Below are positions 17,090 through 26,868 of a DNA stretch of 38,037 bases, in pieces; position 1 is the first letter of the stretch, and every line of letters begins with the position of its first letter. The translations under genes and the position numbers were made by a program. The DNA is from Fibrobacteria bacterium (lineage in GTDB: Bacteria; Fibrobacterota; Fibrobacteria; UBA11236). Where the stretch lies: positions 1 to 38,037 of the forward strand of contig JAYTHY010000040.1 in assembly GCA_043732185.1 (NCBI GenBank). The letters are read 5' to 3'. The notes under the pieces are model-generated. The model searched no databases. It was not told the DNA's origin and was given only the letters and a program-made list of their open reading frames with translations.

Positions 17090-19336
17090 TCAGCGAGTGC
17101 GCGTGGAATCCTTTTTGGGGGGAATCCGGGACGAGGTGTCTGCTGCCACGGGTGCTGGTGTTGGAACTGCACCTAATTTAGACCCTTTTAAAAAATCAGA
17201 ATTTTTAAGAAAGCCGGAACGTTTATCCAAGGATTCGAATTCTTGTTCCAAATTCAGTCCTTGAACTTCTGGATTCAAAATATGGGGGGTGACATACACG
17301 ACCAATTCAGTGGTGGACGTATGCAGATTGCGCCATGAAAACAAATATCCAAGTATAGGAATGCTTCCTAAGATTGGGACAAAGGTCCTGCCATTGTCCT
17401 CTTTGGAATTAATAAGTCCGCCGAGTGCGATAGTCTCCCCGTCTTTGAGACTAACATTGGTATTGATGGACCGGTTGGTTACGGGTGGAGGCGTTCCATC
17501 GTTTCCGACGGCAGAGGTTTTTATGGTTGGTGTAATATTGACATTAACTTCACCATGCTTGGTTATCCAAGGAGTGAGTTCAATGGTAATTCCGTCATCT
17601 ATGGTTCTAAAGTCGTTGTTTTGAAAGCCGTCTTTAGTAATTGAATTCACCGGGTAGTAGGAAGTTTTGCTGACTTTAAGTTCCGCTTTATTTCCATTTA
17701 AGGTGGTAATTTTCGGCATCGCAAGAATTTTAGCCTTGTTTTTCGCCTCCAAAGCATGCAAGTTCGCGTTAAATAGAGGTGGCAATACTCCAATAACGCC
17801 TTTAAAAGCCCCTCTAGAAAAAGTCTGCTCTGCACCGCTCATGCGCCCATAAATATTGATTGCAGGGTCGCCATTAAGCGACTTTCCCGTTCCAATGCCG
17901 AGTTCGGAAGATTGATTACGAGTATATTCCACTACCACCACTTCCATCAGCACCTGTGGAGTAGGCACATCCACTTTTTCAAGGAAGGTTTTGACTTGAG
18001 AAATATCATCGCTGATTCCCGAAATAAGTACAGCATTCTGTTCTTTTATGACCTTGATATTGTCGGCTGAAATAGACTTCGGCAAAATTTTCTCGATATT
18101 TTCCGCCTTGATGTACTTGAGGTAAACCAAGTCCGCACCGGACAACGCTTGGCCCGAAGGCGTGTTGGGATTGCGATCCCCGATGAGCAGTATTCCGCCC
18201 CTGCGAAGGTAGGCGTAGCGGGTTCCTTGTAAAAGCGCAGCCAAGGCGTCGTCAATTTTTAAGCCCTTCAATTGGGCATTCACATTGCCAGAAACATCGC
18301 CAATGATGGTGTAATTGAGGCCGGCTTGTTCCGCCAATTCTTTGAGAACATCGCCCAAAGAAGCATTGTTCAAGGTTAAGGTTACCAAACCATTATGCAC
18401 GTCGATATCCGAATTGCCTTGGCCTGGATTGGCGAACATTGGACTGCGGCGCGGCCGGCCGAAGCCTGGATTTTCATTTCCAGAAGAATCCCGATTATCA
18501 ACCAGATACACGCCTGCTTTAAGGCGAACTTGATAGTTGTTGGCTTCCATTAAAGCCTTGAATCCATCAATCGGTTCCACATCTTTAAGATGCCCGGTTA
18601 CCAATCCCCGTAAATCCTGACCGGGGACGATGTTTATTTTGCTCTTTTCCACAAACTCACGGAGGAAATCCTTTACCGGCCGGTTTTGCACATCCAAATT
18701 CATGCGCTTGTTGCGGATTTCAATTAAGCTGAAGGCCATCTCTTTGGTTTTACGCACTCGATACACATTGCCGTCTATATTCAATTCGAGTCCATGGGAT
18801 TTGCAAAGCTTTTCAAGACCCTCCAAAACGGGAATATTCTCCAAATGAATGGTGATTTTAAGATCGCCGAGATCCTTTTCAGGAATCACGCTGAGTTTAA
18901 ATGCAGTTGCAATGGCGCGTAGTACATCTAGTATAGGCTCATTCACATAATCCACGTTGAGCATTCCTTCTGAGGATTTGCTCAAGCTTTTGGCATCTCC
19001 TGCGGCAGGTCGTGCCCCCTTAAGGACTTTTCCACTACGTGCGGCATTTTCCCGATGTTTTTCCAGAAGCTCTTTTTCTTGATCCCCGAGGTTTGGCGGC
19101 TTGCGAAACCCGTTCGGTGGCCGACTGAAATTATTTTGACTTTCCGGATTGATTCCGGGGTAATTCCCGGCAGGCGGAGGAGGTTGATCCATAACTTGCG
19201 GCGGTGGCTCTGGAGGTTGCATCAGCTGTTGTTGCTGGGGAATATTTTCGTTGTCAGTAGGAGGGTTGGTCGTATCTTGCGCCCTCAGGTTCATGGGCCA
19301 AACAGCCAATACAAATAGGACTAATAGTTTTTTCAT
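17090..19336 (-). CDS. gspD: Secretin (GspD/PilQ family) with three STN/N0-like domains
   Basis: Signal peptide, P/Q-rich linker, three STN-like repeats, N3 domain, PQVLMEVVVVE, LKDGETIALGGLI, VPILGSIPILGYLF, ELVVYVTPHI. Confidence 0.92.
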   Translation of the reverse strand: MKKLLVLFVLAVWPMNLRAQDTTNPPTDNENIPQQQQLMQPPEPPPQVMDQPPPPAGNYPGINPESQNNFSRPPNGFRKPPNLGDQEKELLEKHRENAARSGKVLKGARPAAGDAKSLSKSSEGMLNVDYVNEPILDVLRAIATAFKLSVIPEKDLGDLKITIHLENIPVLEGLEKLCKSHGLELNIDGNVYRVRKTKEMAFSLIEIRNKRMNLDVQNRPVKDFLREFVEKSKINIVPGQDLRGLVTGHLKDVEPIDGFKALMEANNYQVRLKAGVYLVDNRDSSGNENPGFGRPRRSPMFANPGQGNSDIDVHNGLVTLTLNNASLGDVLKELAEQAGLNYTIIGDVSGNVNAQLKGLKIDDALAALLQGTRYAYLRRGGILLIGDRNPNTPSGQALSGADLVYLKYIKAENIEKILPKSISADNIKVIKEQNAVLISGISDDISQVKTFLEKVDVPTPQVLMEVVVVEYTRNQSSELGIGTGKSLNGDPAINIYGRMSGAEQTFSRGAFKGVIGVLPPLFNANLHALEAKNKAKILAMPKITTLNGNKAELKVSKTSYYPVNSITKDGFQNNDFRTIDDGITIELTPWITKHGEVNVNITPTIKTSAVGNDGTPPPVTNRSINTNVSLKDGETIALGGLINSKEDNGRTFVPILGSIPILGYLFSWRNLHTSTTELVVYVTPHILNPEVQGLNLEQEFESLDKRSGFLKNSDFLKGSKLGAVPTPAPVAADTSSRIPPKKDSTRTR

Positions 19337-20817
19337 GTTTGGGCTTCCATCACAGCCACGCGAATGAGTTCGCTGGCACTGGTGATATGCAATTTTAGTT
19401 TGTCCAAGCCATCCACCACTAACTGCTTGTGGTTCGACAAGTCCTTGATAAAGGATTCACTTTTTCCATTGATAACGGCTTCACGAATGGCAGTATTGAA
19501 TAATAACAGTTCAAAGATTCCAATGCGTCCCCGGTAGCCGGTGCCATTGCAGGCAGCGCAACCGGTTGCGGTTGGACAGAGTTCCGGCAAGCCGGGCAAA
19601 AACAATTTTTCTTCAACGGTAGGTGGGCTTAAAGTAAGGCATTGCTTGCACAGCTTACGAACCAGCCGTTGGGACAGGACACCGAGTACGGCCGAGCTGA
19701 TGAGGAAAGGTTTGATTTTAAGATCCAATAGCCGGGTAACAGCAGAAGCCGCATCATTGGTATGCAAGGTGGAAAAAACCAAATGTCCGGTTTGCGCCGC
19801 CTGTACAGCGATGGCGGCCGTTTCTTCGTCGCGGATTTCCCCGATCATGATTACATCTGGGTCTTGGCGTAGCAAGGAACGCAAGGCACCGGAAAAAGTC
19901 AGCCCAGCCTTATCGTTGATCTGCACTTGATTGGCGCCATCCAAACGGTACTCGATGGGATCTTCAATGGTTGAAACATTGATATCCTTTTCCAGTATTT
20001 CTTTTAAGGATGCATATAGCGTGGAGGATTTTCCAGATCCGGTGGGGCCGGTTACAAAAAGCATTCCCTGTGGCCTGTGAATCAATTGATTCATGGCGGC
20101 CAATACTTCCTGGGACATGCCTAGCGATTCCATATTTTCCACATGGTCCATATGTTTGAGAATGCGAATGACCACCTTCTCCCCCACTCGCGTGGGCAAA
20201 GTGCTTACGCGCATGTCGATATATTCGCCTTCGTATAACCATTTGATACGGCCATCCTGGGGGAGCCGTTTTTCGGCTATATCCAGTTCCGCCAAAATTT
20301 TTATCCGGGACGTCAAAGAAGCTTGCACCCATTTTGGCAATTCTATGCTTTCCTTGAGCATTCCGTCTTTACGATAACGGACTTTGACCACGGTTTCAGC
20401 TGGTTCGATATGGATATCCGTGGCGATTTCCGCAATAGCTTGGTTGACCAAGTTGTTGACGAGTTTGATCACCGGTTCGCTTTGACTTTTCTTCTTGATT
20501 TCTTCCAGTGAAGAACCTTCTTGAATGGCCACTTCCGATTTTATCAGGTCAGAAAGGATTCCGCCCTCTTCCAATGCGCCGGATTTTCCGGTCATCCGCT
20601 TTACTTGAAACTCCAAAGTAGGGGCATCGGTTTTTCGGAATTCCACTGGGCGTCCGGTTCGCAATTGCAATGCTTCGCGCAGCAATTCGTCATTTACGTT
20701 TTGCGCCGCAAAAACCAAGACACCGTCTACGATATTTACCGGGTAAGTGCGGGAACGGATACAGATATCCCTACCGACATCATCGAGTAAGGCCAAATTG
20801 ATTTCCAAATTATCCAT
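19333..20817 (-). CDS. gspE: GspE/PilB secretion ATPase
   Basis: TDIHIEP, LDIAEKRLPQDGR, Walker A GPTGSGKS, LRQDPDVIMIGEIRD, TGHLVFSTLHTN, CxxC...CxxC; ATG 20817 chosen. Confidence 0.95.
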   Translation of the reverse strand: MDNLEINLALLDDVGRDICIRSRTYPVNIVDGVLVFAAQNVNDELLREALQLRTGRPVEFRKTDAPTLEFQVKRMTGKSGALEEGGILSDLIKSEVAIQEGSSLEEIKKKSQSEPVIKLVNNLVNQAIAEIATDIHIEPAETVVKVRYRKDGMLKESIELPKWVQASLTSRIKILAELDIAEKRLPQDGRIKWLYEGEYIDMRVSTLPTRVGEKVVIRILKHMDHVENMESLGMSQEVLAAMNQLIHRPQGMLFVTGPTGSGKSSTLYASLKEILEKDINVSTIEDPIEYRLDGANQVQINDKAGLTFSGALRSLLRQDPDVIMIGEIRDEETAAIAVQAAQTGHLVFSTLHTNDAASAVTRLLDLKIKPFLISSAVLGVLSQRLVRKLCKQCLTLSPPTVEEKLFLPGLPELCPTATGCAACNGTGYRGRIGIFELLLFNTAIREAVINGKSESFIKDLSNHKQLVVDGLDKLKLHITSASELIRVAVMEAQT

Positions 20818-20845
20818 CGCTTCGTTTACCTGCCGTCCTTTAAAA

Positions 20846-21517
20846 CTACCAAAAATTGGACTCGGCATCCCGCTTGCGCGTGTCCTGCAGGACAAGTAAG
20901 TGATTGCGCGGATGGAGGAATGCATCCAAAGTCATTGGCACTCCATGGTCCACAATAGTCAAGGTAACATGAAAAAGCGCTACCAGTCTACTTTCCTCCG
21001 GGTCCAGTATTTCATCTCTATTGCGGTCCAGTTCCTTAAAATCGAGGTGGCCATCCCGATCGCTATCGAGGGAATCCAAATCCCACGGTAACGTTCCATC
21101 TAGTGTTCCCCCCTTGCTTTTTGGACGTTCTGGCCCTATCGGCACAATTTGCATGTCACCAATACGAAAACGATATGCCTTTGAATTGATCGTCAGTGTC
21201 GAATCTGCCCAGTGGTAATCTAACTGTACGTTCCCACTGTTCACCAGCACCAATTTGTCTGGGCCTAATTCGAGCACGCCCTTGCCTGCCAAAAGATTGT
21301 CACATAGACTGTTAAAAACTGTTGAAGATTCAAAACCCGCATCCCTTCGATCCTGTGTAAGGCGGGACACTCTCCCCGCATCCTTGAAAAAAGCAAATGC
21401 CATGGCTGCGACCAAACTGGAAAGAGCAATGGAAACGATCAGTTCCAACAAGGTGACACCTCGCTCGCATTCCTGTGTTTTCTGGAGGCCTGTCCCTGCA
21501 GCTGGACTTAATACCAT
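20846..21517 (-). CDS. Minor pseudopilin (GspJ/PilW-like) with tandem EF-hand-type loops
   Basis: Class III signal RG|VTLLELIVSIAL; DSDRDGHLDFKE and DRNRDEILDPEE. Confidence 0.85.
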   Translation of the reverse strand: MVLSPAAGTGLQKTQECERGVTLLELIVSIALSSLVAAMAFAFFKDAGRVSRLTQDRRDAGFESSTVFNSLCDNLLAGKGVLELGPDKLVLVNSGNVQLDYHWADSTLTINSKAYRFRIGDMQIVPIGPERPKSKGGTLDGTLPWDLDSLDSDRDGHLDFKELDRNRDEILDPEESRLVALFHVTLTIVDHGVPMTLDAFLHPRNHLLVLQDTRKRDAESNFW

Positions 21518-22023
21518 TGGTACTCGGGAAGTTTTAGAATCAGGGTCAGCAATATTCGTCCTTCGGGTATGTTGGAACCTTCAGAATCAAACCATGCTTT
21601 TTGGCCCGATCCTATTTCGGTACCCGCCTCATTCAGTAGCACCTGAACTTTAACTTCTAATGGCTTCCGCAATTCCACCGGTGCCAATTTTTCATCCAAA
21701 GCAATTTCTTGCATGCTGTTCACGATGCGTACACTGTCAAAAACTTGGCGTACGAGTCGAAAAGTTTCACCGGCCGGTCCGGAAATCGCATACTCAGTGT
21801 CGTGCACGTTTTCCTTGGTAAGCATTCTCACCATTTCCAAATCCGATCGCGCGGCAAACAACGCTGTATGATGCATGCGATTCAGTTTATCCAGCTTCAA
21901 GGATGAACGGAGTCCGTACCACAATACCGCTGAACCTGCCGTCAAAATGGTCATGGCCACGGCCAGCTCAAGCACCGTGAGGCCTCGTTGCTGGTTTCTG
22001 GATTGTGAGTCTATCGCACTCAT
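21508..22023 (-). CDS. Minor pseudopilin (GspI/PilV-like)
   Basis: Class III signal QRG|LTVLELAVAMTIL; ATGA overlap with the upstream gene at 22020-22023. Confidence 0.85.
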   Translation of the reverse strand: MSAIDSQSRNQQRGLTVLELAVAMTILTAGSAVLWYGLRSSLKLDKLNRMHHTALFAARSDLEMVRMLTKENVHDTEYAISGPAGETFRLVRQVFDSVRIVNSMQEIALDEKLAPVELRKPLEVKVQVLLNEAGTEIGSGQKAWFDSEGSNIPEGRILLTLILKLPEYQWY

Positions 22024-23405
22024 GACCTGCGCCATTCCATCAGTTTAAAACTGTAACGCCTACGGTCACCGGGTCCCAGTTGCAACGGTTGTATGAATCC
22101 AGCCGGAAGTTGCGCTCGATTTATTTTACCTGTACCTAAACAATTATGCGTTTGAGTGGATTCACATAACAGTTTCTGGGTCAAGACCGGACCCCGTACT
22201 TCACCGGCCAACCAAACGGATGCAGCCAGTACCACACCTTCCACCACATTAACCGTGTTGCCTAAAACTACGCGGCCATTGGGACCGGCAGCAATTAAAA
22301 AGCCTCGAGCCCTGGCTTGGTTATCCAGGCGAATGGCATTGAGGGTATCGCTTCCCTTGGCAAGGTGACGGTTGCCTACGGTAATCAGCACAGATTCCAA
22401 GGTTGTTTGACTGCGGTCACGGAGTACAATATCTTTTCCTGCCATAGCCTCCAATCCCAAATGGCATCGACCATGCAGAAAGATGCTTCCACGCGCATAG
22501 GCAGTGTTCTCCTCGCCGGACACACTGTCTTCAAATGTGATATCTTTATTCGAAAAAAGCTGAATATTATCCAACCGGATATTTCCTTTTACGCGGATTT
22601 CACCTTCGGCAAATATGCGTCCGGGTCCACGTATCACCCAGGTTTCCTCGCTGGTATTGATGAATTCCACCTGGCCCAAGGGAAAGCATATATCCCGCTT
22701 TAGGCTGAATTGGGGCCCATTCCTGTCTGTAAAGGACCCATTTCCAGTTTCGCAGCCTTCCTCTCCCAGCTGTTTGTGAAGAGCGGCATCCATTGCCAGG
22801 TACTTTTTATCCGTGAACGTCTGCGCATAATTCATAACTGAAAATCCCGCAGGCCAAGGTTCCGAAGTTACGCCTGCAGGCGCAGACCGCAGCCGCAGCG
22901 CACCATTGATGTTTTCCGATGGAAAGGGATCCAGTGGTTGGCTGTTTTCCAGAGTTAGCGCAGGTCCAAAAGCACTGTCGTCCAGTGCCTTACCGAACCG
23001 TGCGAAAACGGTTATGGCCCCATTGCGGTGGCGACCGGTAGAAGTAATATCTAGATAGGCCCTGGTGCGATCCACGGTAACCGTGGGTGGCGTAGCAGTT
23101 GTGTCTAGATGGTATTGAAACACATCATTTTTTGTTTTCGGAGTGTCAAATGCATCGTCGGCAAGCTTTACTTTGCTAGAGTCTTGGCTCGGTTCGGTCG
23201 AATCGGAAAATCGTTCAAGGTAGAGTTGAAAGGCTATGCCGGATTCCGCGGCATAGGTAGCCTGGGTCTCTTCATTTTCACGTGCCCATGGCCTAATATC
23301 CGCACGGTTTCGATCCAATAATAACGAAACCACTATGCCCAGTCCTGCCAGGACCACAAGTACGGTCAAGAGGGCAGCACCGGCTTCCGACTTGCCCCCG
23401 TTCAT
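22020..23405 (-). CDS. GspK/PilX-like large minor pseudopilin
   Basis: G|AALLTVLVVL without E5; QATYAAESGI helix; C-terminal beta-solenoid-like repeats (IFAEGEI, AYARGSI, AMAGKDI). Confidence 0.8.
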   Translation of the reverse strand: MNGGKSEAGAALLTVLVVLAGLGIVVSLLLDRNRADIRPWARENEETQATYAAESGIAFQLYLERFSDSTEPSQDSSKVKLADDAFDTPKTKNDVFQYHLDTTATPPTVTVDRTRAYLDITSTGRHRNGAITVFARFGKALDDSAFGPALTLENSQPLDPFPSENINGALRLRSAPAGVTSEPWPAGFSVMNYAQTFTDKKYLAMDAALHKQLGEEGCETGNGSFTDRNGPQFSLKRDICFPLGQVEFINTSEETWVIRGPGRIFAEGEIRVKGNIRLDNIQLFSNKDITFEDSVSGEENTAYARGSIFLHGRCHLGLEAMAGKDIVLRDRSQTTLESVLITVGNRHLAKGSDTLNAIRLDNQARARGFLIAAGPNGRVVLGNTVNVVEGVVLAASVWLAGEVRGPVLTQKLLCESTQTHNCLGTGKINRAQLPAGFIQPLQLGPGDRRRYSFKLMEWRRS

Positions 23406-23905
23406 GGTTCCTGTTGGAGCTCAAATTTTCCGGCTCGGTCTTTAAGCACTACTTTATTAGACTCAATCGAAACTACCGTGGCCGAGTCCAGCTGTTCCCC
23501 GACCTTGACGATGTGCTTTTGTCCAATGGCATCTTGTATGGTAGCTACTTGATTGCCGACTGTACCTTTCAGGATGTACTTACGAAGTGGCGGAACTCCC
23601 TTTGGTTGCGCATGGGCGGGTTTAGTCACAGCTGCGAGTTCACGCGGGGTACGGAACGGGCTTTTATTTGCGGCCAACGAATCCTTAGGCAATGAGCTCG
23701 ATGAACTGGATGTACTGGTAAGTGAATCCAAATGGCGCTCTGATTGAATAAATACTAATAGACTATCCTGCGTCTGGGGGTCGGATTTGGCATCGACAAC
23801 GCGGTGGGAAATCTTTGGGAAATGCCTGAAAAAGTACGCGCCTCCAAAATAAAGGATCAGCATTGCGGGTAAAATCGGCCAAGACTTAAAAAGTTTTACG
23901 CTCAC
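23402..23905 (-). CDS. GspC/PilP-like protein
   Basis: N-terminal TM, SPF motif, HR-domain pattern LKGTVGNQVATI...VKVGEQL...VVSIESNKVVL. Confidence 0.75.
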   Translation of the reverse strand: MSVKLFKSWPILPAMLILYFGGAYFFRHFPKISHRVVDAKSDPQTQDSLLVFIQSERHLDSLTSTSSSSSSLPKDSLAANKSPFRTPRELAAVTKPAHAQPKGVPPLRKYILKGTVGNQVATIQDAIGQKHIVKVGEQLDSATVVSIESNKVVLKDRAGKFELQQEP

Positions 23906-24468
23906 GGCAATTCACCGGGTTTACGATCGTATTCATAAAGCACCAAATGGGCTTCCAGCCGACTGTCTACTCTTTCTCCATTTTTCCGCAGGAGCATTTC
24001 CTCCAAGAAAATATCTGGATGATGCAGCTGTAGGGCGTCAAAAAACTCTAACAGATCAGTATAACGGGTATACCCTTCGACTTGCAATTTGAGCAAGCGA
24101 AGCGATTCGGCGCGGCTGAGGATGGGAGTGGTTTTGGTGATTTCAATTCCAGCATGTTGGGCTAAGCTGCGGACCTTATCAATGCTTGTCTGGATGCTGC
24201 TATCTGCAGTCAAGGCAGATTCTCGCGAAGCTTTAAAATCCTTAAGTAGTTTGACTTCACTTTCCAAAGATCGTTGTGTGGAATCAAACCAGGCTGCCTC
24301 ATAAATGTTTTCTTGCAATTCAGTAATCTTAGCTTTGGTACGCGTCAAATGCTCCGCTAAGGGAAGGACAACGAAGTTGGCAAAGCTGGTTAAAATGATA
24401 CAGGGAATCAGCCAGGCAGCAATCCGCCAACGGTCTTCCCAAATGCGATATCCCCCCGTCTCTTGCAT
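23902..24468 (-). CDS. GspM/PilO-like inner-membrane protein
   Basis: TM helix, coiled coil, ferredoxin-like C-terminus (LKLQVEGYTRYTDLLEFFDAL); operon position. Confidence 0.72.
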   Translation of the reverse strand: MQETGGYRIWEDRWRIAAWLIPCIILTSFANFVVLPLAEHLTRTKAKITELQENIYEAAWFDSTQRSLESEVKLLKDFKASRESALTADSSIQTSIDKVRSLAQHAGIEITKTTPILSRAESLRLLKLQVEGYTRYTDLLEFFDALQLHHPDIFLEEMLLRKNGERVDSRLEAHLVLYEYDRKPGELP

Positions 24469-25814
24469 CAGTTCCGCACCAATTGGCCGGTGACATGGAA
24501 AACGACCACGCCACTGGTCAAATCTTTTCGCTGTTCGGAGAGGGTGACTTTTGAAAACAACGCTGTGGCGGACAATTTATTTTGAATGCTCTGCACTTTG
24601 TCCCAATCCTTTACCCAGGAACGAAAGGTTACTTCAAGATGGCCATCTGGCTTGCGTACAACAGATAATCCATCCATGCCAGCCTCATTTGGAAGCGCTT
24701 TGGCTATTTCTGCAAACAGTGCTGCCCAATTCATCGGTCTATTCCATACCGGTTTCAGACTTTGCAAATCCGTTTCCACGGCAGTTTTTTCCCGCTTCAA
24801 TTTGCTTATGGTGGCAACCTGACCGGCATAAGCGGACGCGGCCTTTTCCAGCTTTTGCAATTGACGCTGGTCTTGTTGAATCAAAATGCTCATTAGCGCG
24901 ACAGCCACCAGGCAGAACACTGTTGCTATTCCCACCACCAAAAAGAATTGTGACCTGTCACGGATAAGGGCGTTATCGAATCGGTTTTTTTCGTCGACCC
25001 GGTTATGTGCCAGCAAGTCTTTTTGCCGAGCGGCATGCGCCAAGCCTAGATGGAGCAACAAAGGATTAGAGTTGGCGTTTCGAGTTGGCAGTCCTAGCGA
25101 AATCGACTGCGGTTTAAGTGCGTGCAAAGCTTCGCATTGCGCCAGGGGATCTCCAGTAGCCAAATATGTTTTTAATCCGCTACCTGCGATTTTACCTTGA
25201 GTCAAGGCGAATTCACGGTGCTGCCGGAGTCTCAAAGCTGTCTTCGGCCCCGCTTCAGCATCCAAACGCAGCACATGAAAAGGCGAACCATTTACATAAA
25301 GAAGCGAAAAACAAATGGGACCACTTCCGTAGAGCAATTGGAAGTTCCCTTCACCCTTTTCCTCCATCACAAGTTCACCCAAGGCTTCCATGGCAGCTTC
25401 AAGAGGTATACACGCATCCCTGTCCACGACTGTTTCACTTTTATTCGATGGATCTTCCAGATCCAAAAAGATCCTGTGGTTGGATCCCAGATTGGTGTCT
25501 TCGACATATTGGATATGCCATCCACCACGACGGAAATTGTCTTGGCGTGCGCCGAGGCTTTCCGCAAAAGCACTTTCAACTTGGGTTGCACCTACGGTTT
25601 CACCAAAAGGAGTGCGTATGTCCAGATGAATATAGGGCTGATCCACCAAGCCTTCCACAACCAATCCAGTCCGCCTAATCCAGCGGTTGTCGACTACTGC
25701 GGATTCCGCTGATCCATGCAGGAAAACCAGATGCTGGTCCTTGATTTGAAAGACGGCGTGTCCGATGCCCTTAATATGGGTGGAGATCAGTCGGGAGGGC
25801 CTGGAAAAAAACAA
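24468..25814 (-). CDS. GspL-like (PilM/PilN-fusion architecture) protein
   Basis: Large cytoplasmic domain, single TM, coiled coil, PilN-like C-terminus (WAALFAEIAKALP...LFSKVTL); TTG 25814 chosen, ORF extends to ATG 25883. Confidence 0.72.
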   Translation of the reverse strand: MFFSRPSRLISTHIKGIGHAVFQIKDQHLVFLHGSAESAVVDNRWIRRTGLVVEGLVDQPYIHLDIRTPFGETVGATQVESAFAESLGARQDNFRRGGWHIQYVEDTNLGSNHRIFLDLEDPSNKSETVVDRDACIPLEAAMEALGELVMEEKGEGNFQLLYGSGPICFSLLYVNGSPFHVLRLDAEAGPKTALRLRQHREFALTQGKIAGSGLKTYLATGDPLAQCEALHALKPQSISLGLPTRNANSNPLLLHLGLAHAARQKDLLAHNRVDEKNRFDNALIRDRSQFFLVVGIATVFCLVAVALMSILIQQDQRQLQKLEKAASAYAGQVATISKLKREKTAVETDLQSLKPVWNRPMNWAALFAEIAKALPNEAGMDGLSVVRKPDGHLEVTFRSWVKDWDKVQSIQNKLSATALFSKVTLSEQRKDLTSGVVVFHVTGQLVRN

Positions 25815-25819
25815 GGGAA

Positions 25820-26242
25820 CTACTTTCTCGAACCGTTGAGAATGTCCAATAATGCCTTCAGTTCTGATTTGAAATGAATCCATTCCTCACGGCCCAGTGG
25901 CGTTGACTGCGAATCCTTAACGGGTTGGGGAACTGTTGCAGGTACGCGCAACAGCACTTGTTGGCCTTCAATATCGGCAGGGTCGGCATCGGCCATTTTC
26001 TTTTTGGCACCCGGTATTGTGTACTTTTCGTCGTACAACAGATATTTGATATATCGGATGACCTTGATTTCCTTGCTACGATAGGCGCGGTTTCCAGAAC
26101 GGTTCTTCTTGGGCTTGAGCTGGGGAAATTCTGCCTCCCAGTACCTGAGAACATGCTGTTCCAGTCCGGTCAATGTACAGACCTCGGAAATAGAATAGTA
26201 GAGTTTGCCATCTTCCAAACGCTTTAGCTTGACTCTAGTCAT
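25820..26242 (-). CDS. MerR-family transcriptional regulator
   Basis: YYSISEVCTLTGLEQHVLRYWE...GNRAY...LLYDEKYTIPGAKK. Confidence 0.92.
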   Translation of the reverse strand: MTRVKLKRLEDGKLYYSISEVCTLTGLEQHVLRYWEAEFPQLKPKKNRSGNRAYRSKEIKVIRYIKYLLYDEKYTIPGAKKKMADADPADIEGQQVLLRVPATVPQPVKDSQSTPLGREEWIHFKSELKALLDILNGSRK

Positions 26243-26868
26243 TGCGTCTTGCTCCCAAACTTATTTTCCGTCCCTTTGACCAGCCTAGCGATATTGCTTC
26301 GATGACGAAACAAAATAAAAGTGCAAACCATGCAAGCCACAACCAGAATCGGTAGGAGCGTGGTATCCCGCCGCAATTGCAGCTCCAAAAAAATACTGGT
26401 CGGCATGACTATCGCGGCCGTTATCGATCCCAGACTGACATAGCGGCTGAGCAAGACTACGATGGTCCAGGCCGCTAAACCCGCCAAAGCGCTCAGGGGA
26501 ACAAAATAAAGGAAAACACCAAAACCGGTCAGTACTCCTTTTCCCCCTTTGAAGGATGCGAATACAGTAAAGGAATGCCCAAGTACGGCCAGCACACCTG
26601 CTGCGAGCCCCCAAGGAAGGGACCCGGTTAACCAGAATGTTACCCAAGCTGCTAAATACCCTTTGCCCGCATCTATCAAAGCTACAGGTAGTGCCGGTTT
26701 CCAACCCAAGGCTCTGTAGACATTTGTCATGCCCGGATTGCCACTACCCACTTTGGCAATATCCACGCCATAAAAAAGTTTGGCGATCCATTTCGCCGAC
26801 GGAAGCGAGCCGAAAAAGTAAGCGGCAGCTAACGAACAGCCGATGCCAATACCTGCCGATGCAGCCAT
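26239..26868 (-). CDS. plsY: Glycerol-3-phosphate acyltransferase PlsY
   Basis: GSGNPGMTNVYR, DAGKG, GHSF...FKGGKGV, HRSNIARLVKGTENK. Confidence 0.96.
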   Translation of the reverse strand: MAASAGIGIGCSLAAAYFFGSLPSAKWIAKLFYGVDIAKVGSGNPGMTNVYRALGWKPALPVALIDAGKGYLAAWVTFWLTGSLPWGLAAGVLAVLGHSFTVFASFKGGKGVLTGFGVFLYFVPLSALAGLAAWTIVVLLSRYVSLGSITAAIVMPTSIFLELQLRRDTTLLPILVVACMVCTFILFRHRSNIARLVKGTENKFGSKTQ

